Assembly (NCBI GenBank): GCA_000999395.1
Contig: LCOM01000015.1
Coordinates: 1-34,912 of the forward strand
Origin: Parcubacteria group bacterium GW2011_GWA2_47_7
Lineage (GTDB): Bacteria; Patescibacteriota; Minisyncoccia; Phycocordibacterales; UBA6899
Direction of reading: 5' to 3'
Length of the DNA: 34,912 bases
The notes below the pieces were generated by a model. The model worked only from the letters and a program-made list of their open reading frames with translations. It had not been told where the DNA came from and made no database searches. The position numbers were made by a program, and so were the translations under genes. Shown here in pieces: positions 1-9,470 of this stretch; position 1 is the stretch's first letter; each line of letters begins with the position of its first letter.

Positions 1-373
1 ATGTTTGTGCCTCCCAAAGCATGTCGACTTCTGCGGGCGCGATAATGAATTGTTTATTGACGGTGAGTCCCTCAGTGGTGATAATGACAACATCAATAGT
101 GACTTTTTCGCCAAAGTCCCCCGTACGAAGAGTAAGCGATGTTTCTGCTGTTCCATTCTTTATAGGCTCCTTGTTGACATACCACGTGATATTCGCCGTT
201 CCTAAATTCACCGCGTACGAATTCATGGTCACGAGGACGCTTTCATTTGCCCCCGGCGTCTTTGGGGTTGTTGAGAAGGTAATGAGATCAAAAGCCGCAA
301 AAACTGTTCCCGGTAATAACACCCATAAGAGTGGAAATAAGGCAATAAGGAAAGATGTTTTTATAGAACTCAT
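1..373 (-). CDS. secreted protein of unknown function, N-terminal part only (ORF runs off the left edge)
   Basis: Absent from the ORF track because it has no stop in the window. ATG at 373..371, and my hand translation stays open to base 2: MSSIKTSFLIALFPLLWVLLPGTVFAAFDLITFSTTPKTPGANESVLVTMNSY... The N-terminus is signal-peptide-like. The ATG overlaps the TGA of the upstream gene (ATGA at 370..373), suggesting translational coupling. Confidence 0.6.
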   Translation of the reverse strand, partial: MSSIKTSFLIALFPLLWVLLPGTVFAAFDLITFSTTPKTPGANESVLVTMNSYAVNLGTANITWYVNKEPIKNGTAETSLTLRTGDFGEKVTIDVVIITTEGLTVNKQFIIAPAEVDMLWEAQT

Positions 374-843
374 ATTTTAGATAATACTTTCTTGCCAATC
401 TTATTTAGGGCGACCGCGACTGGAACTTTGCTTAATACTTTATCGGCAATTCGTCCCACCATAAATGCGACTACAAACGTGAACGCGGTGAGTGGAAGAG
501 CATTCAGTATGGGTATAGCATCTATTATACCGCCTATACTCACTACCACAAGTCGTAAAAAGAATTTCCCGCCAATAATGTAGAAATAAATAAGGAAGGT
601 GAAATTTATGAACAAAAGCGTTATTTTGTTGATGATTTCACTAAGTACACCTAGTGGTATTCCGACCGGTGCAAGAACGACTGATGTGCTTATCACGGTA
701 CCAACAGCATCGAGCAGCACACAAACTATATCGACCAAGTCTTTCCCTATCGCAAGTCCGAGCACCAGAAAGAAAAAAAGGTATCCCCCACGAAGTTTAG
801 CTTTTGTGGGTTTTTCGATAGTTTTTTCTTCAGTGTTTGCCAT
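370..843 (-). CDS. small polytopic membrane protein (about 4 hydrophobic segments), unknown function, last internal gene of the T4SS-like locus
   Basis: 157-aa ORF with a charged N-terminus (KPTKAKLRGG) followed by long hydrophobic stretches. The antisense + strand ORFs here have low-complexity, junk-like translations. A -10-like TATAAT (850..855, minus sense) lies 6 nt upstream of the ATG. Confidence 0.6.
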   Translation of the reverse strand: MANTEEKTIEKPTKAKLRGGYLFFFLVLGLAIGKDLVDIVCVLLDAVGTVISTSVVLAPVGIPLGVLSEIINKITLLFINFTFLIYFYIIGGKFFLRLVVVSIGGIIDAIPILNALPLTAFTFVVAFMVGRIADKVLSKVPVAVALNKIGKKVLSKI

Positions 844-1138
844 ACCTATATTATAGCGTATCGTCGCTCAAGAGTGGTCTTTTTATTCGAAAACTGTTGA
901 TAAAATAAAGCATTGGTTCCTGTAGAAAAATACTCGTAGTGAGCTATTTTTGAGCTCATATTTTGGTAAATCGTTGGTTCTGCGATATTCACCCCAAGTG
1001 AGCAATGAACATGTTTATGCCTTCTAGTGGCAAATACGCAATGCACTGCTTGTTTGTCAAAATTTCCCTAAAAACAATTTTGCATTTTATGAGTAAGCAG
1101 CAAAAGTCGTGAAACAATGACTTGATACTTCAATATTA

Positions 1139-2815
1139 CTACCCCTGCGCGGCAGCGAGTTCTTCCTTCGCCTTTGCGATTGCGAGCATTTGGGCGGGAT
1201 CAGAGGAGACAATCTGGTCTTCAGTGTAGGAGGCATAGATTTTGATGGCGACATGTTTGAGGCCTGCAAAAAAGAGTCCCTCTCCAACTCCTGACTCAAG
1301 AAGTAAATACTTCTCTTCATCGGTGAGATGAAATGTTTGTTGGACGAGGTCGATCGTGGTTGGTGATTGTTTCAGTAGTATTTGAATCGATGAATTAGTG
1401 AGGATGGGGAGGCCGTAGGGCGAGCGAAGGAAGTCATTCACATCCTGAGTTATAGTAGCGATACCGAGGTAATATTTGCGTCCACGTTTGGCGAGACCGA
1501 AAAGAAATGATGCAGTATCTTCGGACTTCATCATCCACCATGCTTCATCAACAACAAGGAGTCGCTTGCGCATCTCCTTGCGGATCGCGGTCCAGATGTG
1601 GTGCGTAATGATGTAAACGGCGACTGGCTTAAGTTCGTCTTCCATGTTGCGCACCGAGAAGACGGTGAAACGCTTGGTGATGTCGACGTTGGTTGGCTGA
1701 TTCAAGAATCCAGACCATGTTCCCCTCGTATATTTTTCAAGTCGCTGGAGCAAAGACTCAATAGAATCTTCTTCCGGAGTGAGTCCTCCGAGCATAATGC
1801 GGAAAAGGCCCACGAGAAAGATGATGTTTGAGCGAAGCACATCTGCCCCGGTCTCATCTTCTCGCGCCGGAGGAAGGTCAAATGGGTTGATGTGGTGTTC
1901 CGAGGTGAGCGAGATATTGAAGTATCTTCCGCCCGTTGCCTCCGCCAAGAATCCGTACTCTTGTTCTGGGTCGATTACGATGACATCGGCATCAAACATG
2001 AGAGTACGAAGGATTTCAAGCTTCGTTGTATAGGACTTTCCGGAACCAGACACAGCAAATGTGACCGAATTGTAGTTTGGCATTGAAAAACGGTCAAATA
2101 ATACTAGTGATGCATTGTGGCGGTTGATTCCCCAAAGAATTCCCTTGTCTGAAGTGAGGTCAAATGAAACAAAGGGGAAAATTGAGGAAAGTGGGGCAGA
2201 ATTGAGCTTGTAGTGCACTTCAAGTTCGTCGGTCATAAGTGGGAGGACGCTTCGATATCCCTGCTCCTGCTGGAAAATAGCTGGTTTGAGATAGACTAAT
2301 TTTGCATCAAGAATGGATTTGAGTTCGCTCTCCGCCTTATTGAGCTCTGCGCGGTCGTTGGCATAGACGGTAATATACACACCGACATCAAAGAGACGTT
2401 CTTGTGCTTGCTGGAGCTTGTCTCGCAGATCTTCGAGGTCTTGGTAAGCGACATCGAGGACAGGATCGCGCACAAAGCCCTTTCGCTCGCGTTCGTTTAT
2501 CTGACTCTGCACTTCGGCGACTTTCTTTTGAAAAGAGCGTAGTGCAAGCTCGGTCTCGACGGGGTGAATCATGATTGAGACATCGTAGACTTTATCGAGA
2601 TTGATGACCGGAGTGAACCAATCTTGGGAGAGGAAGCGAGGGTACGAAATAACAAAGAGTGTACGGGCAATCTTGTCTCCGATATAGATGTCTTTCGGGG
2701 TTATCTTGACCGCAGCGGGTGCAAGAATATCCTTCATATCAAGATTGGTTGATTCAAAGATGTCTGAGGGGAGCACTCCGGTATTTAAATTTTCAAATCC
2801 TTTATTTTCAGACAT
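1139..2815 (-). CDS. virB4: VirB4/TrbE/PrgJ-family type IV secretion ATPase (C-terminal ATPase part)
   Basis: 558 aa. Walker A FAVSGSGKSYTTK; DPEQEY and NPFD motifs; Walker B LLVVDEAWWMM; RKYYLGIATITQDVNDF. The N-terminal APAAVKITPKDIYIGDKIARTLFVISYPRFL matches the mid-region pattern of Gram-positive VirB4 homologues. Confidence 0.85.
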   Translation of the reverse strand: MSENKGFENLNTGVLPSDIFESTNLDMKDILAPAAVKITPKDIYIGDKIARTLFVISYPRFLSQDWFTPVINLDKVYDVSIMIHPVETELALRSFQKKVAEVQSQINERERKGFVRDPVLDVAYQDLEDLRDKLQQAQERLFDVGVYITVYANDRAELNKAESELKSILDAKLVYLKPAIFQQEQGYRSVLPLMTDELEVHYKLNSAPLSSIFPFVSFDLTSDKGILWGINRHNASLVLFDRFSMPNYNSVTFAVSGSGKSYTTKLEILRTLMFDADVIVIDPEQEYGFLAEATGGRYFNISLTSEHHINPFDLPPAREDETGADVLRSNIIFLVGLFRIMLGGLTPEEDSIESLLQRLEKYTRGTWSGFLNQPTNVDITKRFTVFSVRNMEDELKPVAVYIITHHIWTAIRKEMRKRLLVVDEAWWMMKSEDTASFLFGLAKRGRKYYLGIATITQDVNDFLRSPYGLPILTNSSIQILLKQSPTTIDLVQQTFHLTDEEKYLLLESGVGEGLFFAGLKHVAIKIYASYTEDQIVSSDPAQMLAIAKAKEELAAAQG

Positions 2816-2820
2816 AGGTA

Positions 2821-3465
2821 TTACATCACCGACGACTCAAGTTCGCCAGGGTTAAATTTCTTGTAGAAGAGCTCAGTTATTTCTTCGGTGCCAAGACGAA
2901 TAGTGCGTAGGTCGCAGCGCGCCAGACCCTGCTCAACGATTGATGCGCGTTGTTCGAGCTGTACCCGCGCTTCTTCAAAAGAGCGGGTCTCGTCGGCGGT
3001 CATTTTTTTGTGTGCGGTCTTTTTTCCAAAAAGCCCAGAAAGAGCGCTCTCGGCACCGGCCTTGGATACATTTGATCCTCCGGAATAGGGAATTACGATG
3101 AAGAAGTTTTTAGACATGATGTTGGTGCGGCTGGTGAAATCACGAATGAAAGAAACGTATTCGTGTACTTGAATCTTCATTGCATCAATAAGCTGCGCTT
3201 TCTCTCTCTCTTCGAGCATTTTGATGTACGGTTGTATATCGAGTCGTTTCGATTGAATAGATATCTGAATAGGAAATTCAAGAGAATTCAGTACGTTTTG
3301 AAACTGCATCAAAATTGCCCCTTGCTCGTCGCCGGATTTTAATCCAAAGTTGAGCGAACTTGTCATCAGCATCATACGCAGATCTCCGTTGTTTAGGACA
3401 ATGACACCATTTCGGATGTCACGGATTGGGATAAAGTCTTGCGTTGGTTTTCCTGGGGTGGGCAT
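2821..3465 (-). CDS. VirB4 N-terminal-domain-like protein (separate ORF directly upstream of the ATPase)
   Basis: TQDFIPIRDIRNGVIVLNNGDLRMMLMTSSLNFGLKSGDEQGAILMQFQNVLNSLEFPIQISIQSKRLD resembles the N-terminal region of Gram-positive VirB4/PrgJ-type proteins as I recall them. I chose the ATG at 3465 (MPTPGK...) because the longest ORF (start 3549) would overlap the upstream gene by 70 nt. The start is uncertain. Confidence 0.55.
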   Translation of the reverse strand: MPTPGKPTQDFIPIRDIRNGVIVLNNGDLRMMLMTSSLNFGLKSGDEQGAILMQFQNVLNSLEFPIQISIQSKRLDIQPYIKMLEEREKAQLIDAMKIQVHEYVSFIRDFTSRTNIMSKNFFIVIPYSGGSNVSKAGAESALSGLFGKKTAHKKMTADETRSFEEARVQLEQRASIVEQGLARCDLRTIRLGTEEITELFYKKFNPGELESSVM

Positions 3466-3479
3466 GAGTTTATTATAGC

Positions 3480-3935
3480 TTATATGAGAGCTGAATTCGA
3501 GTGCGGATTTTCGGGCTCCATCTTCTCGTTCTTGAGATTCATACTCCACGAGAGATCACTGAGTTTATTTCCTGCCCCCGAAATGGGTAATGTGCCGACG
3601 TGTATGGTCGTTTGAAAATTATTAAGGTCAAGCTCGGTGGGCAAAACCCGATTGTCTCTTCGTTTCCATACATAGAGTCGCGCACTTTTGATATAGGTGA
3701 AAGCCGATTCAATCATGTTCGCAAAGGGTTTCTTGTTCGGTTTATAGAATCCGAGCGCTCCTCCAAGTGCGAGAAACCCAAGGCCAATGATGTATTCGAA
3801 TCCAAAAAAACTAATAAAATAGTAGCTCATGTATGCGAGACCCACACTTCCTGCAATATAGAGAAATTGTTTTATTGTGAGTGGTCCGATGACCTTATCC
3901 TCAACATCAAGAAATTGTGGTATTTGGAATTGCAT
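3480..3935 (-). CDS. PrgI-family / VirB3-like small membrane protein
   Basis: 151 aa. The N-terminus MQFQIPQFLDVEDKVIGPLTIKQFLYIAGSVGLAYMSYYF fits the PrgI-family signature (short polar lead, GPLT.+Q, then two TM helices). It sits directly upstream of virB4, as in Gram-positive conjugation loci. Confidence 0.6.
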   Translation of the reverse strand: MQFQIPQFLDVEDKVIGPLTIKQFLYIAGSVGLAYMSYYFISFFGFEYIIGLGFLALGGALGFYKPNKKPFANMIESAFTYIKSARLYVWKRRDNRVLPTELDLNNFQTTIHVGTLPISGAGNKLSDLSWSMNLKNEKMEPENPHSNSALI

Positions 3936-4095
3936 AGATCAGTAGTTAGTGGTCATCAGAAAAGAGGATTCTCGTCAGACTACCGCAGAATTCAGTATAT
4001 AATATCTCATTAAAATAAGTAACCGCGCAGCAACACTTTTCTCTCGGTGCACGCTTCCCGATCTCTAGTGACAAAGGACTAGTGACTGACCGCTA

Positions 4096-4569
4096 CTACA
4101 CTGGCTCCCGATACGAGTCGGTAATTTTTGGCGCAGCATTCGAAGGTGGGGGTGGAACAGAGAGTGTCGGACTGACTTCGGCATTTTCCTCTGATACGGG
4201 ACGGCTTATACGGAAAGCTCCACCGAGCTTCTGTTCCAGAATGCTTCCTTGTGGCGGTGGTGGAGGGATTGGTGTTGCGAACGAGATATCACGAGGGGCA
4301 GACACGAGACCGTCTGGTACTGTTATTTCCGACATTTTTTTTCCTAGATGAATTTCCGACAGCGCATCTTTTACCTCTGCAAAAATGTCATGATTGATAT
4401 CTTGGGCGATTAAAATCGCAGTCTTCTCTACTTTGGTGAGTTCGTATTTTTTTCCGATTGCCACAGTTTTGTCTTGCCGCTCACCCGCCTGCAAAAGCTC
4501 CTTGATCTCCGGAGGGAGTGTCGGGGATATTTTCCCTATTTGTTCTACTGTGATGTCATCAATGTCCAT
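4096..4569 (-). CDS. hypothetical protein with a proline-rich C-terminal half
   Basis: 157-aa ORF, 12 nt downstream of the VirB6-like gene on the same strand. It contains PPPPP tracts (ATPIPPPPPQG, SVPPPPSNAAP). I recognise no family. Confidence 0.5.
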   Translation of the reverse strand: MDIDDITVEQIGKISPTLPPEIKELLQAGERQDKTVAIGKKYELTKVEKTAILIAQDINHDIFAEVKDALSEIHLGKKMSEITVPDGLVSAPRDISFATPIPPPPPQGSILEQKLGGAFRISRPVSEENAEVSPTLSVPPPPSNAAPKITDSYREPV

Positions 4570-4581
4570 GGTTTTCTATTA

Positions 4582-7500
4582 TTATATGGCTGCGTCATCC
4601 TCTTCCCCACCCACATCGTCAGTTGATGATTCACCATAAGACGAATCCGATTTCTTTGCCTTCTCCCACTCCGCTCTCATCTCGGCTTCCTTTATCTCTG
4701 CTGCTTTGTGTGCCTTTTCCAAATCCCCAACCCTACCGGCTAAATGGGGAGTTTTTGCTCTCGCATCGTCTGCCGCGGCCTTTGTCGCTGCTGTTGCCTG
4801 TTGAGCCTTCGTGTATGCGGACTCCTTTACATCCGTATCTGTCTTTCCGCCGAATATCCTTGCACCCTCGGTCGTTCTCATGTATTTCTTTCCAGCGGTT
4901 GTGCCTTTGAACGTGATCGTCTTGTCTGTTCCATCCGCATTTTTGATAATGTTTCCTCTTTCGTCTCTGACGCTCATACTCCCCCCTGCAACCTTCACAC
5001 GTAACTCGGCTAAGCTTTGCTGGGTTTTCGAATCCCCGAGATCCCCCTTGATCTGTTCATGATATTTTGCCATTTCCTCAAGATGTTTTTGAGTGTAATT
5101 GGTGGCAAGCGTATCTTCATTCCTGAGTTCAATGGGGAGTCTCGCAACTTCCTTCGGCTTCATCCCACCGAGAATATCCTGAACGGCGCTATCATGATCT
5201 TCTTTGAGTTTCAGTTTCGCCTCGCGTACCCACTCAGTATCTTCGACGGCCTGGAGTTTATCAAGTTCATTCATTTCTGACTTATATTGATTAACCCTAT
5301 TTCCTAATTCATCTCCTAGTTTTACTTGTAAATGCCCTGTGTTCAGTTTTGACTGAGTGATGAGGTATCCGCGTCCGTCCTCAGTTCCTTCAGTCATGAC
5401 AGTGTGCGTCATGTCCTCTTTCGTTTTTTGGTCAAAGAGTTCAGGGTTTGAGTTGACGTGCATAAGTGCGGTGCGTCCCATTGCTGCCATGATCTCGGGG
5501 TGTTCTGTGATCAGTTTCTGACTCACAGTATCTTCGAACTCCTTACCGCTTAATTGTTTTATCGAGTCTCCGAGTGTGTCCATGTGATCACCTAACGTTT
5601 TCTGAAGTTTTTCAATTTCCTCAACACTTGCGGTCGCTCCCTTTGCCTTCTCGTCGGCAAGTTTATTTTTGGTGGCAGTAATTTCATCAAGCAGAGGCCC
5701 TTTTTGATTTCCGTCAGTATCGACGTACTCTTTATTGCCTACAATCTTTGTATGTTTCTCTATTGTGCTTTTTCTATCGAGTTCTTTCTTTAGATCCTTG
5801 TTGCGTTTCTGGTCGAGTTCAACACCTGTATCTTCCAAGAACGTCTTCTGTGCCGTCACATTAGCACCATAACGGGATTTTGATTTTTCGATGAGCTCCT
5901 TCTCTTTTTCTGTTCCGCGATAGGATGCTCCCTCTCGTGATCTGATGGCACCAAGTTTTACTTTTGCTGCTGCGCCGTCTACCCCGCCTGCTGCAATTCG
6001 ATCCTGCAGTGCCTTCACCTCGTCTGGGTCTGCTTTGTATTTCGTGATAACTGAGCTCCCGACCGCGCCATGCGTTTCATAGCTTCTCTTACTTCCCTGC
6101 CCAGCATTCACTCCGGCGGCGCCCATTGCACCAGCGATGCCAAGACCCTTCATTGGTGCATTGCGTACATCAAAGGTTCCCTTACTTGCCGCCTGTGCTG
6201 AGGCAAGTTTAATGTTTGCCATTTTCTTTTGAGCCCATGTTCCGTTTGCTGCAAGGCGATTTTGCTCCGCCACCCAATCCTTGTCTTGCATTTTGTTTTT
6301 ACCATACCGACCTCCCGTTTGGCGGCCGGCAGCCGCAATTCCCGTAAAGCCAGACCTCACTCCCTTGCCCAATCCTTTCTTTGCCCACGCCCCCGCAGTA
6401 CTTCCTGCACCGCTACTCACGCTGTTTGCGACAGAGAGCGCTCCGAGTAAAAGAATAATAAGGAGGATAAAATTGTAGAAAATACTGTAGTTAGCCGCAT
6501 TTCCGGTAAATGCCGCAGCAAGACTTGATGTCGTGCCACCGGTAAGTATCGTTGCATCAATACCATTGATGATGAGTGAGTCGAGATAAAGCATTGCAAG
6601 AAAAGCCGGTGCAACAAAAGTGCTTCCGATGAGTTTTGTAAGCCATTTATTGCCCCACCCACCTCCGACGGGAAGCGCAAAACCCAAAAAAGCAAATGGC
6701 GATACGATCATAAGAAAAAGAAGAGTCACCGTGCGGATGATCATCATAATGGCACCTGCAAGAAAAACGTAACCAGCAATGAACATGACGATAGAGCCCC
6801 CAAGATAAATGAGCAGCTTGTTTGTTTCTGTAAATTTTACACCACCTGGATCAGAACCAGTCTGGTCTATGCTGTCAAATATCGTCTGCATGCGAAATCC
6901 TTTCAGGAAGTTCTGAGCCACACTCGGTACTGTGCCGGAAGGCGACCCTGAGATGGCTGGAACAGGAACAGTGATTTTCTCCCAAAAACCCATTGCGAGA
7001 ACATTTCCCGCATCAATCACCACTTTTGTGGCGAAGAGACTGAAGTTGATAAGAAGGGCGGCGATGATAAGGTGGGCAACCCAGCGCTTGGTACTGCCTC
7101 CGCCCATGCCGAGAATGGTTTTGATGGCGATGTAGAGAAGCGCAAAAATGAAGAACATATTCGAAAAATCACGCACGGCAGTCCATCCAACGTTGACAGC
7201 AGCAAGATTTGCATATGTCGCGGAATTAATCGTTCGTTCGATTGAAAAGTCTAAAATGGTTGCCATTGATTCCATAAAGAATCCAGCCATTTTGGAGAAT
7301 AGCCAAGCGAGTCCCACTATGGGCTTCATTAAGACCGTCCCAAGACCATCTGCAACCCAATCGATGAGTGTACCCCCCGCATTTTTTAATGTTTTCCACC
7401 AAGACTCACCCTCTCCTACTGTGGGTGTTATATCAATACATGTTTCTGAAGGAGCTTTTGCACTATTACACGCGGCTATGGTTGAAAAACAGCTAGCTGT

Positions 7501-7677
7501 TTTTGTCGTTTTAATACAGAAATTACCACCCGGCCCGGCGGGAATGGGGGCGGTAGCAGTGATTGCCGCGATTGCAACGCCGACAGGAAATAGAACTTGC
7601 AATGCAATGCCAGACCCAATGAGGAATGCAATCAATCGACTTTTCTTTTCTCTGTGTAGTGTGGGAGTTTTAAACAT
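4582..7677 (-). CDS. VirB6/TrbL-like polytopic membrane protein with a long (~560 aa) charged C-terminal extension
   Basis: 1031 aa. An N-terminal TM/signal segment is followed by a Cys-containing extracytoplasmic stretch (NFCIKTTKTASCFSTIAACNSAKAPSETCID). Residues ~110-470 hold roughly 7-9 hydrophobic helices. The rest is a Lys/Glu/Ala/Gly-rich hydrophilic tail ending in an acidic tip (GGEEDDAAI). The VirB6 call rests on topology and context only. Confidence 0.6.
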   Translation of the reverse strand: MFKTPTLHREKKSRLIAFLIGSGIALQVLFPVGVAIAAITATAPIPAGPGGNFCIKTTKTASCFSTIAACNSAKAPSETCIDITPTVGEGESWWKTLKNAGGTLIDWVADGLGTVLMKPIVGLAWLFSKMAGFFMESMATILDFSIERTINSATYANLAAVNVGWTAVRDFSNMFFIFALLYIAIKTILGMGGGSTKRWVAHLIIAALLINFSLFATKVVIDAGNVLAMGFWEKITVPVPAISGSPSGTVPSVAQNFLKGFRMQTIFDSIDQTGSDPGGVKFTETNKLLIYLGGSIVMFIAGYVFLAGAIMMIIRTVTLLFLMIVSPFAFLGFALPVGGGWGNKWLTKLIGSTFVAPAFLAMLYLDSLIINGIDATILTGGTTSSLAAAFTGNAANYSIFYNFILLIILLLGALSVANSVSSGAGSTAGAWAKKGLGKGVRSGFTGIAAAGRQTGGRYGKNKMQDKDWVAEQNRLAANGTWAQKKMANIKLASAQAASKGTFDVRNAPMKGLGIAGAMGAAGVNAGQGSKRSYETHGAVGSSVITKYKADPDEVKALQDRIAAGGVDGAAAKVKLGAIRSREGASYRGTEKEKELIEKSKSRYGANVTAQKTFLEDTGVELDQKRNKDLKKELDRKSTIEKHTKIVGNKEYVDTDGNQKGPLLDEITATKNKLADEKAKGATASVEEIEKLQKTLGDHMDTLGDSIKQLSGKEFEDTVSQKLITEHPEIMAAMGRTALMHVNSNPELFDQKTKEDMTHTVMTEGTEDGRGYLITQSKLNTGHLQVKLGDELGNRVNQYKSEMNELDKLQAVEDTEWVREAKLKLKEDHDSAVQDILGGMKPKEVARLPIELRNEDTLATNYTQKHLEEMAKYHEQIKGDLGDSKTQQSLAELRVKVAGGSMSVRDERGNIIKNADGTDKTITFKGTTAGKKYMRTTEGARIFGGKTDTDVKESAYTKAQQATAATKAAADDARAKTPHLAGRVGDLEKAHKAAEIKEAEMRAEWEKAKKSDSSYGESSTDDVGGEEDDAAI

Positions 7678-7683
7678 ACAATC

Positions 7684-9225
7684 TTATTGTCCTGAGTATC
7701 CGGTGTCTACAGAATCATTACCGTCAGTTACAACAACAGCAGTACTTGTTGGGTCAAACTTCATTTCATCATAAATCATAAGCATGGTTCCTTCTGCCCA
7801 TTCACGAGTATCTTGATGAACACCAAAATACGCGATATCTATGGCGTCATAAAATTCTTTAATTAGTTCTGTTACAGCAGTCTGACTTATTTGTAGTGGG
7901 GTCGTATCGTATCCAAGCAATCCTGATTGAGCTATTTCCGTTGTTTGATTCTCGGACGCGTTTCCTGCGCCCGCATCAAGAGTTTTTGTGTCACGTACTT
8001 GCTGATTACCACTTCCCGCTGAGTCTCCAATACTGCGCCCTATTTCGCCGGATGGTGTGACTGCCGTTGAGTTTTGCTGTTCAAGGCAGTAGGGATCATC
8101 AGGTCTCCCTGAGCACTCTTTTGCACTCGACCAACCAGTTGAGATCATATCACCCTTCTTCGCTTCCTCTTGGGCAATCATTCTGTTTTGAGCCATCATA
8201 TCTCCTAGCGTTGCTGCGCCAAGGGGTGAATTGGGTGCATCGCGAAGCATTGTGCCAAAGGTCATAAATCCACCTCCCTTACTAGCTGGATCATCATAGT
8301 TTTGCATGAATTTCTGTGAATCACCAACATTCATGTAATCAGTAAAATTTGATTGCGTGATAGACATTGTATAGTTGAACGGGTCTTCGGCCAGCGAACG
8401 TTCATTATTTGCCATATTGGCCACCGTATTAGTGCGCCAGTCGGGAAATATCCCCCATGAGCCAGCGGGATTTCCTGAGGTTGGGTCTGCGGCAGCTTGG
8501 TCAAGTGCGTGGTCAAGTTGACGTGACTTTACGTCGTAGATACTTTGAGATGGATTTGTATAGTAAAGGGCATTGGTTGAAACAGCACCATTGTTGTTCA
8601 CCGTATTTCCTTGGTTCCCATAATTTATGTTCGCCGCGGAAATCTTATTCATTAGCTGATTGTTGAGCTGTGCGGTCTGTGCGTCGGCAATATAGGACTT
8701 GAGTAATTGATGTATCTGAAGAGAAAGTCCAAGTTTTTGCCACTCTACTTGTTCTGTAAGGAGGCAGCGGAGAGATTGGCTGTAGTTGACTTGAACATAG
8801 CCTCCGCCTTTCGGGATTGTCTTCGGAAGCGGAGTTGGATATAGGGCGGTGGCGTCCGATGAGCTTGCCCATGGACCATAGGTATAGGCAAATGCATCAT
8901 ATATACCATGTCCAGGTCCAGCATCAATATTATCCCCCCTCTTGCACTCACCCCCCGCCTCTGCCATCGTTAGGTCGTAGTCCGTAATGAGGTTTTTCAG
9001 AGAATCCGGATCATTCTTGAGGATATTGTCCATATTCTTTGCATAGGTATCGAATTTTGTCGCATATGCACCAAAGTCGGAGATGAGTTGAGCATCATTG
9101 ACGGGCACGTATTGCGCGCTTGCAATTGTGGGCGCAATGAAGAGTAGTGCAAAACAGGAAACGGTCACATAAAACATATTTATCAACAATTTCCCCGCAT
9201 TCATTTTTTTATTATACATGGTCAT
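7684..9225 (-). CDS. secreted protein of unknown function (signal peptide, Asn/Gln/Ser-rich)
   Basis: 513 aa. N-terminus MTMYNKKMNAGKLLINMFYVTVSCFALLFIAPTIASAQ is a signal peptide with an ASA-Q site. There is a 6-nt gap to the downstream VirB6-like gene. Confidence 0.6.
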   Translation of the reverse strand: MTMYNKKMNAGKLLINMFYVTVSCFALLFIAPTIASAQYVPVNDAQLISDFGAYATKFDTYAKNMDNILKNDPDSLKNLITDYDLTMAEAGGECKRGDNIDAGPGHGIYDAFAYTYGPWASSSDATALYPTPLPKTIPKGGGYVQVNYSQSLRCLLTEQVEWQKLGLSLQIHQLLKSYIADAQTAQLNNQLMNKISAANINYGNQGNTVNNNGAVSTNALYYTNPSQSIYDVKSRQLDHALDQAAADPTSGNPAGSWGIFPDWRTNTVANMANNERSLAEDPFNYTMSITQSNFTDYMNVGDSQKFMQNYDDPASKGGGFMTFGTMLRDAPNSPLGAATLGDMMAQNRMIAQEEAKKGDMISTGWSSAKECSGRPDDPYCLEQQNSTAVTPSGEIGRSIGDSAGSGNQQVRDTKTLDAGAGNASENQTTEIAQSGLLGYDTTPLQISQTAVTELIKEFYDAIDIAYFGVHQDTREWAEGTMLMIYDEMKFDPTSTAVVVTDGNDSVDTGYSGQ

Positions 9226-9231
9226 ATGTTG

Positions 9232-9456
9232 TTATTGAATAGGTGGCACTGCGTATGTTGTCTGCGCAATGATATGAGTGAAGGGATACCCCGGTTCATT
9301 TTCGGTGAAAACAATTCCATGAGTGCTCAGGAATGAAACGACTTCGCTGTATCCTTTTGTTACATCAAGCCGAGTTTTTGTATATGTTTGGTATCCCGCG
9401 GCTCCGTTTATTGGGTCTGAAAAAAGATGTTGCATGCCGAGAAGCCCTCGCGACAT
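9232..9456 (-). CDS. small hypothetical protein (start uncertain)
   Basis: The ORF track gives a GTG start at 9474 overlapping the upstream stop. The first ATG is at 9456 (MSRGLLGMQHLF...). It sits between two operon genes with 6-14 nt spacers. It could also be a frameshifted tail of the upstream gene. Confidence 0.35.
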   Translation of the reverse strand: MSRGLLGMQHLFSDPINGAAGYQTYTKTRLDVTKGYSEVVSFLSTHGIVFTENEPGYPFTHIIAQTTYAVPPIQ

Positions 9457-9470
9457 ACCGTCGTAGCCGT

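Noticed and set aside
846-1046. 66-aa minus-strand ORF in the 844..1138 gap, and the half parS-like GTCGTGAAACA at ~1098..1110.
   Set aside because: The ORF translation is compositionally odd (His/Cys/Tyr-rich), has no start context and sits where a promoter is expected. The parS similarity covers only one half-site.
7148-7774. 208-aa + strand ORF, plus many other 60-140-aa ORFs antisense to large genes (for example 3600..4013, 4623..5280, 10476..10862, 22958..23570, 30327..30842).
   Set aside because: They lie entirely inside longer opposite-strand ORFs that have clear protein-family motifs. Their translations are low-complexity (Ser/Pro/Cys/Arg-rich), as expected for shadow frames.
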